From: Negaprion brevirostris
Taxonomy: Eukaryota
Length of the DNA: 64,000 nucleotides
Assembly: GCA_030324005.1 (NCBI GenBank)
Contig: JARDVH010000084.1
Location: 56,367,879 to 56,431,878 of the forward strand
Direction of reading: 5' to 3'
Each line of letters begins with the position of its first letter. Within the stretch, counting starts at the first letter, position 1. The notes beneath the pieces are model-generated. The model worked only from the letters and a program-made list of their open reading frames with translations, did no database searches and was not told the DNA's origin. Shown here in pieces: positions 1 through 13,172 of the stretch. The translations under genes were made by a program, and so were the position numbers.

Positions 1-148
1 GATAGACAAGGGAATTAAGGGTTGTGGGGAGAAAGCGGGCAAGTGGAACTGATCCACTTCAGATCAGCCATGATCTTATTGAATGGCGGGGCAGGCTCTA
101 AGGGCTTGACGGCCTACTCCTGCTCCTATTTCTTATGTTCTTATGTTC
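1..148 (+). mobile_element. CR1-clade LINE 3' end
   Basis: aagggaattaagggtt...gatcagccatgatcttattgaatggcgg...cctactcctgctcctatttcttatgttcttatg tail; same family as 35586-36305. Confidence 0.85.
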
Positions 149-1699
149 AGAGCTTTGCACAGAATTCTTTTGAAATAAGTGATATTAAAATAACAAAACA
201 AAAATCAAACAGCACCACGGACAGGCTTTTAACTAGAATATGGTAAATATTAATGGTCTTTTATCAAGCAAAATAAACAAACATTAAGTGAGAGAGCAAC
301 TGTGAGGGATTTGTAACTTCTTACACTTGTCCTTTAATAATTAAAAATATTTATTACCTAATATACAGTTCCATTCTCTAGGTGATGCAGCACTGAGCTA
401 AGACTCAAGACTGGTAGCTTTCCGGGTTACAGTGTCCCAGCCGCACCCTCAGCACAGACAGGGTGCGATTGTGCATGTCCAATTTCCTACACAATGGAGT
501 CCGGCTCTCAACCGTGCTCGACAGACAGAGGGGGACACCATCCCACAGAAAAGGAAACTGCAATGGTGGACTCCTCACACACAAGGCTGTGGACAGCTTG
601 TAGCATTCATTTCACACACTAATTTGAAGTTAGAAAATGGGCTTCCCAGACATGTGCAATGTCAAAATAAACTTTCCAACTCTGCTCCACATCTCCAACA
701 ATAAATTAAGGACACAAATATATGCACAGGAGAAAAAGAAAACTATGCAAGATAGTCTCGGATAAGATTCTCATGCGGCATCAAATTACAAATTAGAAAA
801 TTTTTTGCTGTTTCAAATGTGACCATTTGTTAAAAAAAGTTGATCGTTTGCTAATAATTCGAGATCAATTATCACAGCCACAATTACAAGCAGAATTTTG
901 AGAACCTCACACATGCACAAAAAGATCACACCCCAGTGTGTAGATAACACAAGAGCACTCAATCCCACCCACCCCCCACAGAAATTTAAAATAACTCGGC
1001 AGCATTGGCATTACTGATCAGTCTAGCGATTACGCATCAGCCAAGCAGCAAGCAAACTCCATCTGTCATTTGAGCAAAATCATGCAATTCCACACAGAGA
1101 AAATTCTCAATAATGAAGCAAAGTTGACAAGCACACCAGAACTCGCTATTGTAGGTTTTTTTAAAAAAAGTATCTTTTCAATTAAAGCATTTGTTTGCAA
1201 TCAACCTCTTCATCCTCAGATATGAGAGCCACATTTAAGTTTCCAACTTATTCCATTGAAACTCTTGATCCTCTCCCTCCTGTATACTGTGGACAACCTC
1301 TCCTTCACCCTTAAAACTAAGGCAGCTTGAAGTTCATTCAGTTCATATCTGAAACAGTGACAAAATAGTACATTGAGAAAGGAAGGCCAAATGGCTTTCT
1401 TCTATGCTTTGGTTCAAGAACTCTTAATCCCACATCAGAACCAAGAGTTCCTAAGAATCCTTGATGTCTGTTAACAAATCAACAGACAATATCCAAATGA
1501 ATGTCTTATTTTAATGCTTCATTTTTTTAAGATAACTTTCAGACATGTGCTATCTCAAAAAACATATCCAACTCAATTTAATTAGTGAATTAAGAACCAT
1601 AAAGTATTTACTGAAGTAGGAAAAGAAAAATATATAATTCTCAGGTAACCTTCACCAACTGAAAACATGACTGAACCACAAAATAGACTCATTGCAGCA

Positions 1700-1895
1700 C
1701 AAGGTCTGAGAGGGCTTCACAAGATAGACGCTAGAGGATGTTTTCATGACAGAAATGTCTAGAACATGGGGACACAGTCTAAAAGTCAGGGAAATGGCCA
1801 TTTCAGACCAAGATCAGGGGAACCTTCGTCACTTAGAGCGTTCTGAACCTTTGGAATTCTTCAACCCAGATGCTAAATGGTTCAGTATAGTTTGA
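1700..1895 (+). mobile_element. CR1 LINE fragment (ORF2 C-terminal region)
   Basis: Degenerate gggcttcacaagatagacgctagaggatgtttt...ggacacagtctaaaag...ctttggaattct, similar to the CR1 at ~35950-36110. Confidence 0.65.
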
Positions 1896-2539
1896 GATAT
1901 GAACATGGTCACTTGCAGTTAGATCATGGCATTTATATGAGATGATCACACAAACATTGCTTTAGAATTGATTTTCAACTGTCATTTGTTTTGAAGGGAT
2001 TTGAAAACCTGCTCCCTGGACTTACATGATTAAAACCATCTCCCTTATCCTTGTGACAGAACCAAAATCCATAGGAGGCTGGATTTTAAGTTTTGCTGTG
2101 GGAAAATATCTCAGATTTCTTAGCGTAAATGGAAGTAAAAGATTTTTCATTTATATAGTGCTTTTCCCAACCACCAGATGTCTCAAAATACTTTACTGCC
2201 AACACAGTTATAGTGCAGGAAATGCAGCAGTTAATTTGCACATAAGAATTTGATGTTTTACGTCAGATAACATCATGATTTCCAACTTGTGCCCCAATAA
2301 CTCTGCAGATCTCAGGAATAGGATCAAAAAGAAATACGAACTAACGCAAATCGTATAGGCTAGGCCAGAGAAGGAAAATAGGAGAAAGCACAGTTAAGCC
2401 ACATGATGCATGCACGCACAGAGGAGGGTACAGTGCAACAGCCAATAAATACCATCTCTCCCTACCATGACCTGCATATTGGAGCACCACATCCAAGAGG
2501 TGAGGCAATCCTAGGTTCTACACAAGAGACTGTTGGCAA

Positions 2540-3300
2540 CAATTAAAGCTCATGGAATTGACATGAAAATTATTGATTGGTTAAGGTTGTCAAAGTCATG
2601 GCATAGTGCTAATGGGTACCTATACAAATTGTAAGAATGTGACCAGTGGGATCCCACGAGGATTTCAGCTGGAGCCTCAATTATTCATATCTTATTACCA
2701 GCTAAAACAGGAGAATCAGGTACACAATAAAAAACAATATCCTCTGTTAGAAATGTATTACTTCATCATTGCTGGATCAAAATCCTATAACTCGCGACAG
2801 CAGCACTGTGGGTGGACCTGCAGTGCACAGGGCTATACCGGTTCAAGAATGTGGATCACTGACTTTTTTTTAGGATACTGAATGCTGGCCTTGCCTGCTA
2901 TACCCACATCCCAGGAACAAATAAAGATAATGTGAGGGCCACATATTCAGGTTTGGTAATGACAAAGTAGATAGTACAGAGCGGAATGCAAAATTCTAAG
3001 GATCCATTGAAAGATCGAGTGAGTGAGTGAAATTTTGGCAGATGGACTTGAATGCAAGCACACATGGGGTGTCACACTTTTGCAGCCTAAAAGGCTACAT
3101 GAGTATTATTTAAATTGTATAAAGCTAGTAACAGTGGCCAAAGAGATTGAGGGCTCCATAAACACTGATCACAAACATGTTATATTTAGGTAAGAACAAA
3201 GATCTAAAAGGCTAATAGACTGTTAGTCTATTTAAAGAAAGGACTGGAATACAAAAAGGGAAGATGTTTAGCTATAGCTGTAGAAAGCCTTCGTTACCAT
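2540..3300 (+). mobile_element. Degenerate CR1 RT fragments with a nested LINE/SINE 3' tail (~2760-2925)
   Basis: VTSGIPRG..LEPQLF (PQG motif) in ORF 2606-2881 and tggcagatggacttgaatg; the nested piece resembles the tail at 4380-4560. Confidence 0.6.
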
Positions 3301-3309
3301 GTGGGTTAC

Positions 3310-4560
3310 CATTAATCTGAAACTGAACTGGGGTAGTCATATAAACGCCGCAGCTACAAAAGTAAGGCAGAAGCAAGAAACCCTGCAAGTAACTCACCTC
3401 CTAACTCCCCAAAGCTGTCCATCACCCACAAGTTGGAGTGTGATGGAATACTCTCCACTTGTATGAGTACAGCTCCAACAACACTCAAGCTCAACACCAA
3501 AACAGCCCATTCACAAATATTCACTCCCTCCAGCAGAAACAGCATGCTACAGAGTTAACTATCAGATTTAAGCTCTGCTGTTCTGCCACCTCCAATCACA
3601 AATGGTGGCAGGCAATTATACAATTGACTGAAGGAAGCAGTTTCACAAACATCCCCATCCTCAATGATGGAGGAGTCCATCACATCAGCGCAAAAGGCAA
3701 GCTTGAATATTTGTAACCATCTTCAACCAAAAGTGTTAGGTAGGATGATCCATCCTGGCCTCCTGTAGTCTCCAGCATTACAAGTACCAGCCTTCAGCTA
3801 GTTCATCTTCTTCACATATGAAGAAATAGCTGACAATACTGGACTAAGCAAGGTCCACCAGCACAAATATCCAGCATCACACAAGCGTCAGATAATGATC
3901 ATCTCCAATAAGTGAGAATTTCCAACAAGTCACCTCCCCATTACAATGCCAAATTCCCTACTATCAAAATCCTGGGGGTTATAATTGACCAGAAACTGAA
4001 CAAGATGAGCTATATAAATACTGTGGCTACAAAAGATCAAGGGCTTGAAATACTGCAGTAAGCAATCACCTCCTGATTCCCCAAAGCCCATCCACTACCC
4101 ACGCAGCACAAATCGGGAGTGTGATGGAAACTTTCCACATGCCTAGAGATTCCAGTAACACTCAAAAAGCTCAATACCATCCAGAGCAAAGCATTCCGTT
4201 TGGTTGGCACTCCCTCCACAACCAGCACACAGTAGCAGCAGCGTACCATTTACAAGAGAAAGTTCAGCAACTCACTAAGCCTCCTTCAACAGCCCCTTTT
4301 AAACAGGTAAATCACTGCCAACCAGATTCACTCCAAATCACACACCGTCCTGACATGAAGCCCTATCGCCCACCACTCCTTCACTGTCACTGCACAATTA
4401 CCCCAAAACTTGCTGCCAAACAGCATGGTGGAAGTACTGACATCACAGACTGCAGCAGTTAAGGCTGTGGTTTACCACCATCTTCTAAAGAACAAATATG
4501 GATGGGCAATAAATGCTGGGTCTTTGTCAGCGGTGCCTACCTCCCACAAACAAATAAAAA
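3310..4560 (+). mobile_element. Fragmented LINE (second shark family) with 3' tail
   Basis: Repeated ...gagtgtgatggaatactctccact... blocks, the NIPILNDGG peptide, and tail ggatgggcaataaatgctggg...cccacaaacaaataaaaa shared with the SINEs at 27225, 29500 and 56040. Confidence 0.65.
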
Positions 4561-4754
4561 GGCCTCAATCCCACCAAAGAGGCAAACAGACTTAAGGCTG
4601 AAAGAAACAGGTGGTGATTGAAGTACCTTGGAGAATTTTGTGATAATCAAACTTTTACTCTTCCAAGGCAACATCAACCGTATTCATTTGATATCAAGAT
4701 ACCAAAAGAAGCCAAGACCAAGGAAGAAAATATCTGCACCTAGAAAGAAGCACA

Positions 4755-4970
4755 AAATTACAAAGAGATGTTAATAGATTAAGTGGATGGACAAAATTGT
4801 GGCAGATGCACTTCAACATAAGGGAATGCAAGATCATCTACTTTGGATCTCAAAAGGATAGAACATTCTAAATAGTGGAATGCTAGAAATGACATATTCT
4901 GCCATAATCTAATTATCTGGCAGAATAGGCTCAAGGTGCTAAATGGACTCTGCCTTTTCTTACGCTTCTA
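4755..4970 (+). mobile_element. CR1 fragment, internally deleted, with 3' tail
   Basis: tacaaagagatgttaatagattaagtggatggacaaaattgtggcagatg (LQ.D.DRL..W...WQM motif) followed by a CR1-type 3' UTR. Confidence 0.6.
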
Positions 4971-5769
4971 TGATCACTGCTGAGAACACCATTAACCTCT
5001 ATGCTTAGTCACTATCAATCCGATATAACCATTTCACAGTTCAAATGGAATAAACTCCAGGACAAGACTTCTCTGTACAAAACAATAAAACTATGCAGCA
5101 AGCCACTGACTGTAAACCATAACCAGATTTAATTACACCACTGCAAAGTGGTGAACAGCACAATTCCGTGATCTCACATGAGGCCTCCCTGCTTGGTTTG
5201 CCTCATCTTAAGAGTGAGCCCTCATTATCAGTAATTCCTCTTTAACTCCCAATATATTAAATGCATGTCTTGTGTAGCTGAGAGACACCATGCACATAAG
5301 AAAAAAATCAGAAGCACAAAAACAGCTTGGCCAGCTTACATGAGCAGCCCAGATACAGTAAATATGTGCGGCTGTCCACTCACTTGGTTACAAGACAGCT
5401 GCTGCGTGTATACAGAGACCAAAAAATTGCAGGACAGTACAGAGGAGAAAGAAAATAGATTTAAAAAATCCCACGCATTATCTCAGACATGCAATAATTT
5501 GTTGCATGCGCTGGAGACGCCAACCTAAACAGAGCTACTTTTCTATGAGCTAACAGCAGCTTTAAACAGCTATCAGCTTCATTTCACCAACAGGACCAAC
5601 TCCCTCAACATTGCAAAGCATCAACAAATTTTTTTAAGAAAAATCACCACCAACGCTACGGCCATTGAAAATAACTCAATCAGCAAAACAAAAGCAAATA
5701 TCTAATTATCACGCATTAACACCATCACCTCAGCCCCCCCAAACAGAAATTAAACAGTTTGCATCCCTG

Positions 5770-6000
5770 ATTCAGTGGCAGAGTCAGAACATTATGGGTT
5801 CAAGTCCTACTTCTTGGCCGACATTTATCCGTCAATCATCACCACCAAAAAAATTATCCAGCCATTATCACATCGCTGGCCAAATTGGTCGCCACATTTC
5901 TTACACAACAACAATGATTACACTTCAAAACTAATCAATTGGCTGGAAAAGCACTCTGGGTGTCCTGTTGTCACAAAAGATGCAACTTAAATACAATTCT
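5770..6000 (+). mobile_element. Deu-domain (SacSINE1-like) SINE remnant
   Basis: ggttcaagtcc B-box, then caaattggtcgccacatttcttacacaacaac...tacacttcaaaa...ttggctggaaaagcactctggg L2-type tail. Confidence 0.55.
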
Positions 6001-7039
6001 TAGAAAAAATTAACATACTAATTTATCAATTTTAAACACACAGCTTGGACAATCTAATTATCTCATCACTCAAGGTCTCCCTTGACATGGTCTACAAATT
6101 TCTATGCAGTCTGCTATATACAAATGAATATATTTAGAATGCAAAATATAAATATCTTGCAAGGATTTGTAGAATTGCTATCACTCCCATATCACTCCTA
6201 CATCCCAAATCAAAGTTTGTGCCATTACTGGAAAGATAGGCAAAAGAAATATTTCTTGGAACCATTTCAACCAGTGTCAGGGGGGCAAATAGTTTCAACA
6301 GTTCATGTGGATCAGTCTATTTAAAATTCATGGACTGTAGGAATTTATTTAAAAAGGAAACAGGATGTTCTGATCTGGAACCTGGTCCTTGTTTATCAAG
6401 ATATCACAACAAAAAGTCTGTTTTTGGAATGACTATGGACAGTTTAAAAGATAGATTCCTCACTATTTTAAAACCATGAAATGATCATTGAAATTTAGAA
6501 ATTCTCAAGTAATGTATTATGACTTAGAATGAACTCCCACAAATAATAAATCATACTTAATTGTGCAGCAACCAAACAAGCAAATTAAAGACAATTTAAA
6601 ACCAGCAATTGGATGCATTTCTTCAGACTCAAGAATGTAATAAAAATCATATTTTTAAATTTACTGCAAAATGTCACCAATTGGTAGGGAGTTGGTTCAA
6701 GGGCACTGAGAATAACAATGTATATATTCATTGTTAAGTACACCATTCAGCTGCAGTAGAGACTGGCTGGATGTAAAACGAAAAACTCAAACCCAGAATA
6801 GAGGTTCCTTGTGCTCCTTTCATTTGCCACTGCGGTCATGCAGCACTTCAAGACTTTTTCCAAATGCACTTTGGTAGGTGCTCATGTCAAAAAGGTATGT
6901 ATGTACTTAAGATCCATTGTTTTAGGATGTCCAGGGTTAATACATTTATCAATTACCTGCATCAACTGACTAGTGGTTGTCAATATGCTGATCATAAATC
7001 TGAGCTGTAACCAATAACACTTTTTCTAACTTACTACAG

Positions 7040-7701
7040 TCTAATGAGGATTTAACTTTGGAGATGGCAATAGTTAGTCAAAAGTCCACCAGCAAAATAA
7101 TCACAATCAGAGGGAAAGACAAACCATGGTTCAGGATGACCCCAATGACAATGGTACAGGTTATTAAACCAAAGATTGCCAAAGACACAAGAGACTTTAC
7201 GGAACAAAAGTTCAAGGTGCTGAAAAGCCCCACCAGCTAGAACAGTGTCCAGCAAGTACAACAGAAAGCTTTTGTTGTAAAAGAGTTAGGCAATTTGAAA
7301 TGGTGTGCAGAACTAAAGCCTCTGGATACACAGATGATCATAAAAGAATTTTTGCACACAAGGCTATTAACAAAGTAGAGGAACAATGATGTTTCCCAGG
7401 TGAGATCAAAGACCCAAGATACACTTTCTGGAATGCAAACATTTTTGTTAATGGCCAGACCACTAATTTCAAATTGGACACAGGAGCAATTGTAACAGTC
7501 CTGTGGGGTAAAGTACCATTGCTAGTAAACATGTGGCTGAAGGCAACTGAAAACCCATTATATGGTCCAGAGGACTCACACTACTAGGCACAGGCATGTT
7601 ACAAGCACAGCTCCAATGCAAGGACAAACAGAAACTGGAAACATTACATGTGATTCACAATCATCTCTTCCAAGCAAAAATGCCTGTGTTGACCTCATCA
7701 A
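7040..7701 (+). mobile_element. Gypsy-type LTR retrotransposon relic A, gag zinc-knuckle / aspartic protease part
   Basis: Translates DLTLEMAI..., CPASTTESFCCKRVRQFEMVCRTK (decayed CCHC knuckle), and VNGQTTNFKLDTGAIVTVL with catalytic DTG at 7477-7485; ends SKNACVDLIK. Confidence 0.85.
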
Positions 7702-8367
7702 GATGTGGAGATGCCAGCGTTGGACTGGGTTAAAAACACAGTAAGAAGTCTCACAGCACCAAGTTAAAGTCCAACAGGTTTATTTGGTAGCAAAAGCCAC
7801 TAGTTTTTGGAGTGCTTGCTGCTCCTTCGTCAGGCGAGTGGGAGTTCTGTTCACAAACAGGGCACATAAAGACAAACTCAATTTATAAAATAATGGTTGG
7901 AATGTGAGTCTTTACAGGTAATTAAGTCTCAAAGGTACAGACAATATGAGTGGAGACAGGGTTAAGCACAGGTTAAAGAAACGCGTAGTGTCTCCAGCCA
8001 TGACAGTTAGTGAGACTTTGCAAGCCCAGGCAAGTCGTGGGGGTGACAGATAGTGTGACATGAACCCAAGATCCCGGTTGGGGCTGTCCTCATGTGCAGA
8101 ACTTGGCTATCAGTCTCTGCTCAGCGACTCATGACATGGTGAAGGCTCTGGAGAAGGTGTCGTAGTTTCTTCGCTCTGGGGAAGTACTGGACGACAAAGA
8201 GTACTTTGTCTGCCATGTCCCTTGTTTGTCTTCTGAGGAGGTCAGTGTGGTTTTTGGCTGTGGCGCTTCGAAACTGTCAATTGATGAATTGAGCGCCATA
8301 TCCTGTTCTTATGAGGGCATCTTTCAGTGTCTGGAGGTGTCTGTTGCGATCCTCCTCATCTGAGCAG
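7702..8367 (-). mobile_element. Penelope-like element 3' part (RT C-terminus plus pseudo-LTR)
   Basis: Minus-strand peptide CSDEEDRNRHLQTLKDALIRTGYGAQ...VVQYFP; terminus gatgtggagatgccagcgttggactggg...cacagtaagaagtctcac; decayed hammerhead motif at 7796-7840. Confidence 0.85.
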
Positions 8368-8467
8368 NNNNNNNNNNNNNNNNNNNNNNNNNNNNNNNNN
8401 NNNNNNNNNNNNNNNNNNNNNNNNNNNNNNNNNNNNNNNNNNNNNNNNNNNNNNNNNNNNNNNNNNN

Positions 8468-8575
8468 CCCCTACGTATTCTATGAACGGTATGCTCTGTC
8501 TGTATAGCACGCAAGAAACAATACGTTTCACTGTGTTCCAATACATGTGACAATAATAAATCAAATCAAATCAAA
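8468..8575 (+). mobile_element. Rex1/Babar-like LINE 3' tail
   Basis: tgtctgtatagcacgcaagaaacaatac...atacatgtgacaataataaatcaaatcaaatc, same tail as ~42920-42990. Confidence 0.75.
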
Positions 8576-9905
8576 TGCTGTCACCTCCTAAATCTGTGCC
8601 TCTGCCAGATTGGCAGAACTACTCCTACCAAAGTCACAAATGACATTTGATGTGATCGTGACTGATAAACTACTTCTCCTCCTCTTTCTCAACTTGCCCA
8701 CAGCTTTGGCATAGCTAATCACATCATCCTCCTACAAAGCACCTCTGTCATCCAACTGGATGGGTCTGCACTTGGCAGGCACCAGTCATAGCCAGAGAAT
8801 CACCTGCTAATGCTTATCTTCCTGTTGCCATATTGTCACCTCTAATGTGCTCCTAGTATCTATCCTTCCTTGGCCTCCTCCTATTGTTCATCTGTATGCA
8901 GTCTCTTGACAACATTACCATAAACACAGGGCCAGTTTCCACATGTACGCTGATGATAGTAGCCCTACTTCACTGCCACCTCTTTTGATTCCACCACTGT
9001 CTTTAAGTTGGCAGAGTGCTTGACTGGCATCCAATAGAGGGAGTTCAGAAAGTGTCTCCATAAATATTGGGAAAACCAAAGCAACCCGTCTTCTTTGTAT
9101 TGGGGCACCCCAATACAAACTGTGTTTTCTAGCCACCCATACCAGCCCTTTTCCTGGCAACTGTTTGGGGCTGAATCAGTAACACATGTAACATAAGAGC
9201 AAAATGCTTCAAGCGCTGGAAATCTGCAAGAAAACAAAGACTGCTGGAAACACTTAGCACCTCAGGCTGCATCCATTCTGATGGAAGGTCATCACCCTGA
9301 CTTCTTCCTTCACTAATGCTACATGATCTGCCAAATATTTCCAGACTTTTCATAACGTTGGTGTGATAGTTGGCCCTGAGATAGCCTTCTTACAAATTAT
9401 CGGCACTAAACAATTAGCTTTGATCTCTGTAGCACTGCTTGACTCCATTCTGCCTCAGCTCATCTGCTGATGAAATCCTCATCTACATTTTTGTTGCCTC
9501 CAGACTTGACTATTCCTGCACACACCTGACTGACCTTCCATTTTTCTTATCATCCCTGAGGCCATCCAAAATCTGTTGTCTGTGTCCTTACTCACACTAG
9601 CTCCCATTCACCCATCACTTCTCTACTCCCTAACCTAGAGGTTCCTGCTTAAACAACACCTTGATTTGAAAATTCACAACTTTGTTTTCAATCCCTCCTT
9701 AATCTCAGTCCTGCCTATCTTAGTAATCTCTCCAGCTCTCACAAATCGCTTTGAGACACCTGCACTCCTGAAAAATCGGGCCTCTTGAGCATCCCATATT
9801 TTAATTGCTTTGCCACTAGTTGCCATGCCTTTGGTAGCCAAGATCCAAGGCTCTGAAATTTCCTGCAGAAACCTCTCCAGCCTCATACCTCCTCCTAAAA
9901 TTAAA
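8576..9905 (+). mobile_element. L2-clade LINE RT/3' fragment
   Basis: ttccacatgtacgctgatgat (FHMYADD), decayed LLLFLxLxxAF motif and tccagacttgactattcc (SRLDYS). Confidence 0.75.
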
Positions 9906-9914
9906 GTTTTTAAA

Positions 9915-10170
9915 AGTGTCCAGAGGGGCAATTTTCTCATACAGAGGGTGGTGAGTTTCTGGAACAAGCTGCCAGAGGTAGCAGTTGAGGTCGGTAATAT
10001 TTTGTGTTTTAAAAAGCATTTAGACAGTTACATGGGTAGGATGGGTATAGAGGGATATGGGCCAAACACAGGCAATTGGGACTAGCTTAGTGGTGAAAAG
10101 AAAAAGGATGGCATGGACAAGTTGGGTTGAAGGACCTGTTTACATGCTGTAAACCTCTACGACTCTATTG
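9915..10170 (+). mobile_element. CR1 LINE 3' end
   Basis: RGNFLIQRVVSFWNKLPEVAVEVG...FKKHLDSYM in ORF 9810-10085, ending in ctgtaaacctctacgactcta. Confidence 0.85.
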
Positions 10171-11454
10171 CGATATGCCAAGGTCAGTGACAATGACAGG
10201 ACACAGTACCTGTAAAAAAAATACAACTGTCCATTAAATAGTCTATTCCCTAAAATGGGACACATTTAAGTTGATTAAATTTCCCTGTATGGTGCACTAA
10301 CTTCAATTTTCTGTGAACCATGATGAGGGAGAGAGAGAGAGAGAGACTATTGATATTTTTGTAATAGTTAAGTCTCATTTTGCCCTCAATTCTATGCCAC
10401 TACTAGAACTGCTTTTTGGTTCTGGGGGTGGAAGAATATGGGTGCAGCCTAGTGTTTGTTTTTCTTCCTTTCCACCCTCCTGTTCCCTCAAGGTTCTCAG
10501 CAGACCAGCTGAGATTGGGAGATTTTCTGAGATGGAAGAGTGGTGCCCATAAACCCACATCCTTCAATCCGTGGCACTGGATGCTGCCAGAGATAATTGG
10601 TGGGCCAAAGAATGTTTATGTAATTCTAAGATGCTTCAGCTGCCACTTGGACAGTCTGATGGATTACTAGCTTGTAATGAGAAACTGTCTCTCCTGCTCC
10701 CTGTAATGAAATAGTTTTGATCTACATCTTCAGTATTTTTGTGAATTATTGGGCTATGCCAAAGGTTCATTGCAAATATACACTGGAGGAGAAATATATG
10801 ATACCGAAACCCCCTTTAAAATGATTCCGTTGCATTTTTAATGGACATAGTTCAATAGTGGCTTATTTATTTTAAACAATTTGGATATTTAACTCTTCAG
10901 TGATCAGAGAGGTGGAAAGGCTTTGGCCTTCTGCAATACACCAAAGTTTAAGGAAATCATTGTGTTTAGTAATTTGGTTATAGTTATATAAAGGTGAAGG
11001 GTATCATTGTAACGAATGCAAACATTGTTCAACAGAATGTCTCTTGAACTTCCAAAGTTACTGCCAGTTTCACAACATCAATGTTCTGTGGTTAATAGTG
11101 ACAGAAAATGCCACCTCTTGTAAATCCCAGGCTCAATATATCAGTCTGAAAGAAAGGAAAGCAGCAAAGCAAATTCTTCTTGGCTTCTTTTTGAAGCAGA
11201 CATAGGAAATAATCATCTATTCAGAAGCCACAGCTCGATTGAATAAGACTTGCATTCACTCCACGAATGAAAAGGCGGTCTTCAAATGGAAGCTTTTTAT
11301 GTCTATTGCTTGTCTACCACGATCTGAGATTTGACCCCTGGGATTCACATCATCATTGCTTATTTACTGATTAGCAGTTTGGGAATTTTGAAGAGGAGAG
11401 ATTTTATAACCAAGATGGGGAGGATACAGAGAATGTTTCATTCCTCCATGGGGT

Positions 11455-11575
11455 TACTGGGCTGAATGCTATCATCCCGTCATACAGAGCGCAGGGCTGG
11501 AAAATGCGGAGAGCGATTCAAAAGTCCATTGACTTCGGCAGGAGCGAAAAATCCCATCAGTGGGACATTCCACCA
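11455..11575. mobile_element. Short non-autonomous element (MITE-like), related copy at ~22770-22900
   Basis: Shared gctgaat.., ggaaaat and aaagt(t)ccattgacYtcgg blocks between the two copies, with imperfect inverted ends. Confidence 0.45.
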
Positions 11576-12669
11576 TTATTTCAGAATCCAGGAGATGAGG
11601 CTTTGATGCAGGAAATACACCAGCCATTAACATTTCATGCTGCAAGAGTTATGAAGACATTGCCTGCCTTTTGGCATTACTAAAGGCCAGAACCAGGCTT
11701 AGGTTGAAGCAAAAAGACTGAAAGATTTGTTGCACCAGCAACAGCATTGCTTTTTGGTCAACTTTCTTTATATCAAACTGCAAGCCGCAACTATGCAAAA
11801 CTTGGGAAGAAAGAACCAAAATTGCAGAACTGTGTTATCAGGCCCAGATTCTAATTAACGCTATCTGTTGATTTGTTAAATCAGGGTAACAGCTAGATTT
11901 GAAATTCTGCATTTTCTAATGGAAGGATGGAATTCTGTAGTTATCCTGGATAATGAAAATGTGCCTGTGAAATGTGTCTTTTTTGGGGAGAAGAAGACCT
12001 TGATCCCCACGGGATCTCCTGGCACACTAAGAATAAAGAAAATTATAGCACAGGAACAGGCACTTTGGTCCACCAAGCCTGCACTAGTTGGTGCTTTGTT
12101 GGGAAGGTTTGAGTTGCTTCAAAGTCACAGTGAGATTGTGGGAGGTGGGGATGGTTCACAAGCATGAAGGTTATTTTCAGCAGAATGAAAAAAAATGATA
12201 ATTTATCTTGAGATGTTTAATTTACTTCACTACCATGCCTTTTAAATTTACAAGGCTGAAACTTTCCATTTATTAGTTTCAATCCATTTCCAATCTTCTG
12301 CTTGAGTGATGGTGATACACTGTGAAATTGAGATTTTCACCAATCCAGTGTTACTCTTGCATACAGGATGCTTTCAGAAGTTACAAGAATGATGTCTTTG
12401 TTAGTTTTTGTCATATTATTTGAGCTGAATTAGGAACTATTTTGTTATGTACATGTATACATAAGTGTCCAGCATGCCACATCACTCAGTACTGCATTAG
12501 TCTGTGCACCAAACTAACAGTGTATCATTCCTGTAGCACAAGGATATCTGGGAAAAATACACTAAATGTCCGCATCAGTATTCTTGCCCAAAAGGTTTAT
12601 TTCAAATTTCTGGAAACCACAAGACATAATATGCTAGCAATGGTGGGATTTGAACCAACTCCTGGAGGG

Positions 12670-13012
12670 TTTGGCACTTGTCTTTTCCGATCAGGGCTTT
12701 TTTGTACATCAGGGTATACTGATCCCCAATTGAGCTGATTTGCCAGCTTTTCATCCATTTCTTTTAAATTTACACTTGCTGGCTTCAATTCTCAATCTCT
12801 TTTAAGAAATCATCAACAGACTCAAACTAATTCCTGCCTCAGGCTGTGAAATTTACACCCCATGGTTTTTCCTCTGGCTGTAGAGCTGTGCTAAATTTCT
12901 CAAAGTTTTTGTCTGGACTTTTACTGACATCCCCATTAATTTCCCAGCTATTGAAAAGATGTAAATCTTTCTCTCCTATCCACAAAAGGATGGGGCTGAC
13001 CCTTTTCTCTTT
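12670..13012 (-). mobile_element. Gypsy-type relic B, gag N-terminal region
   Basis: KEKRVSPILLWIGEKDLHLFNSWEI...FEKFSTALQP, then ..VDDFLKRLRIEASKCKF / KEMDEKL..QL..G..YPDVQK resemble Gypsy gag. Confidence 0.7.
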
Positions 13013-13172
13013 GATGTGGAGATGCCTGCATTGGACTGGGGTAAACACAGTAAGAAGTCTCATAACACCAGATTAAAGTCCAATAGGTTTATTTGCTGGT
13101 GAAAGCTAGTGGCTCTTGCTACCAAATAAGCCTGTTGGACTTTAACCTGGTGTTGTGAGACTTCTTACTGTG
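13013..13172. mobile_element. Penelope pseudo-LTR pair in inverted (hairpin) arrangement
   Basis: cacagtaagaagtctcataacaccagattaaagtccaataggtttatttg (from ~13046) is the near reverse complement of caaataagcctgttggactttaacctggtgttgtgagacttcttactgtg (to 13172). Confidence 0.88.

Noticed and set aside
12637-12668. tRNA-like T-arm (GGTTCAAATCCCACC on minus strand)
   Set aside because: Only a 3' fragment with no D-arm or anticodon arm; likely a SINE-head or tRNA remnant rather than a tRNA gene.
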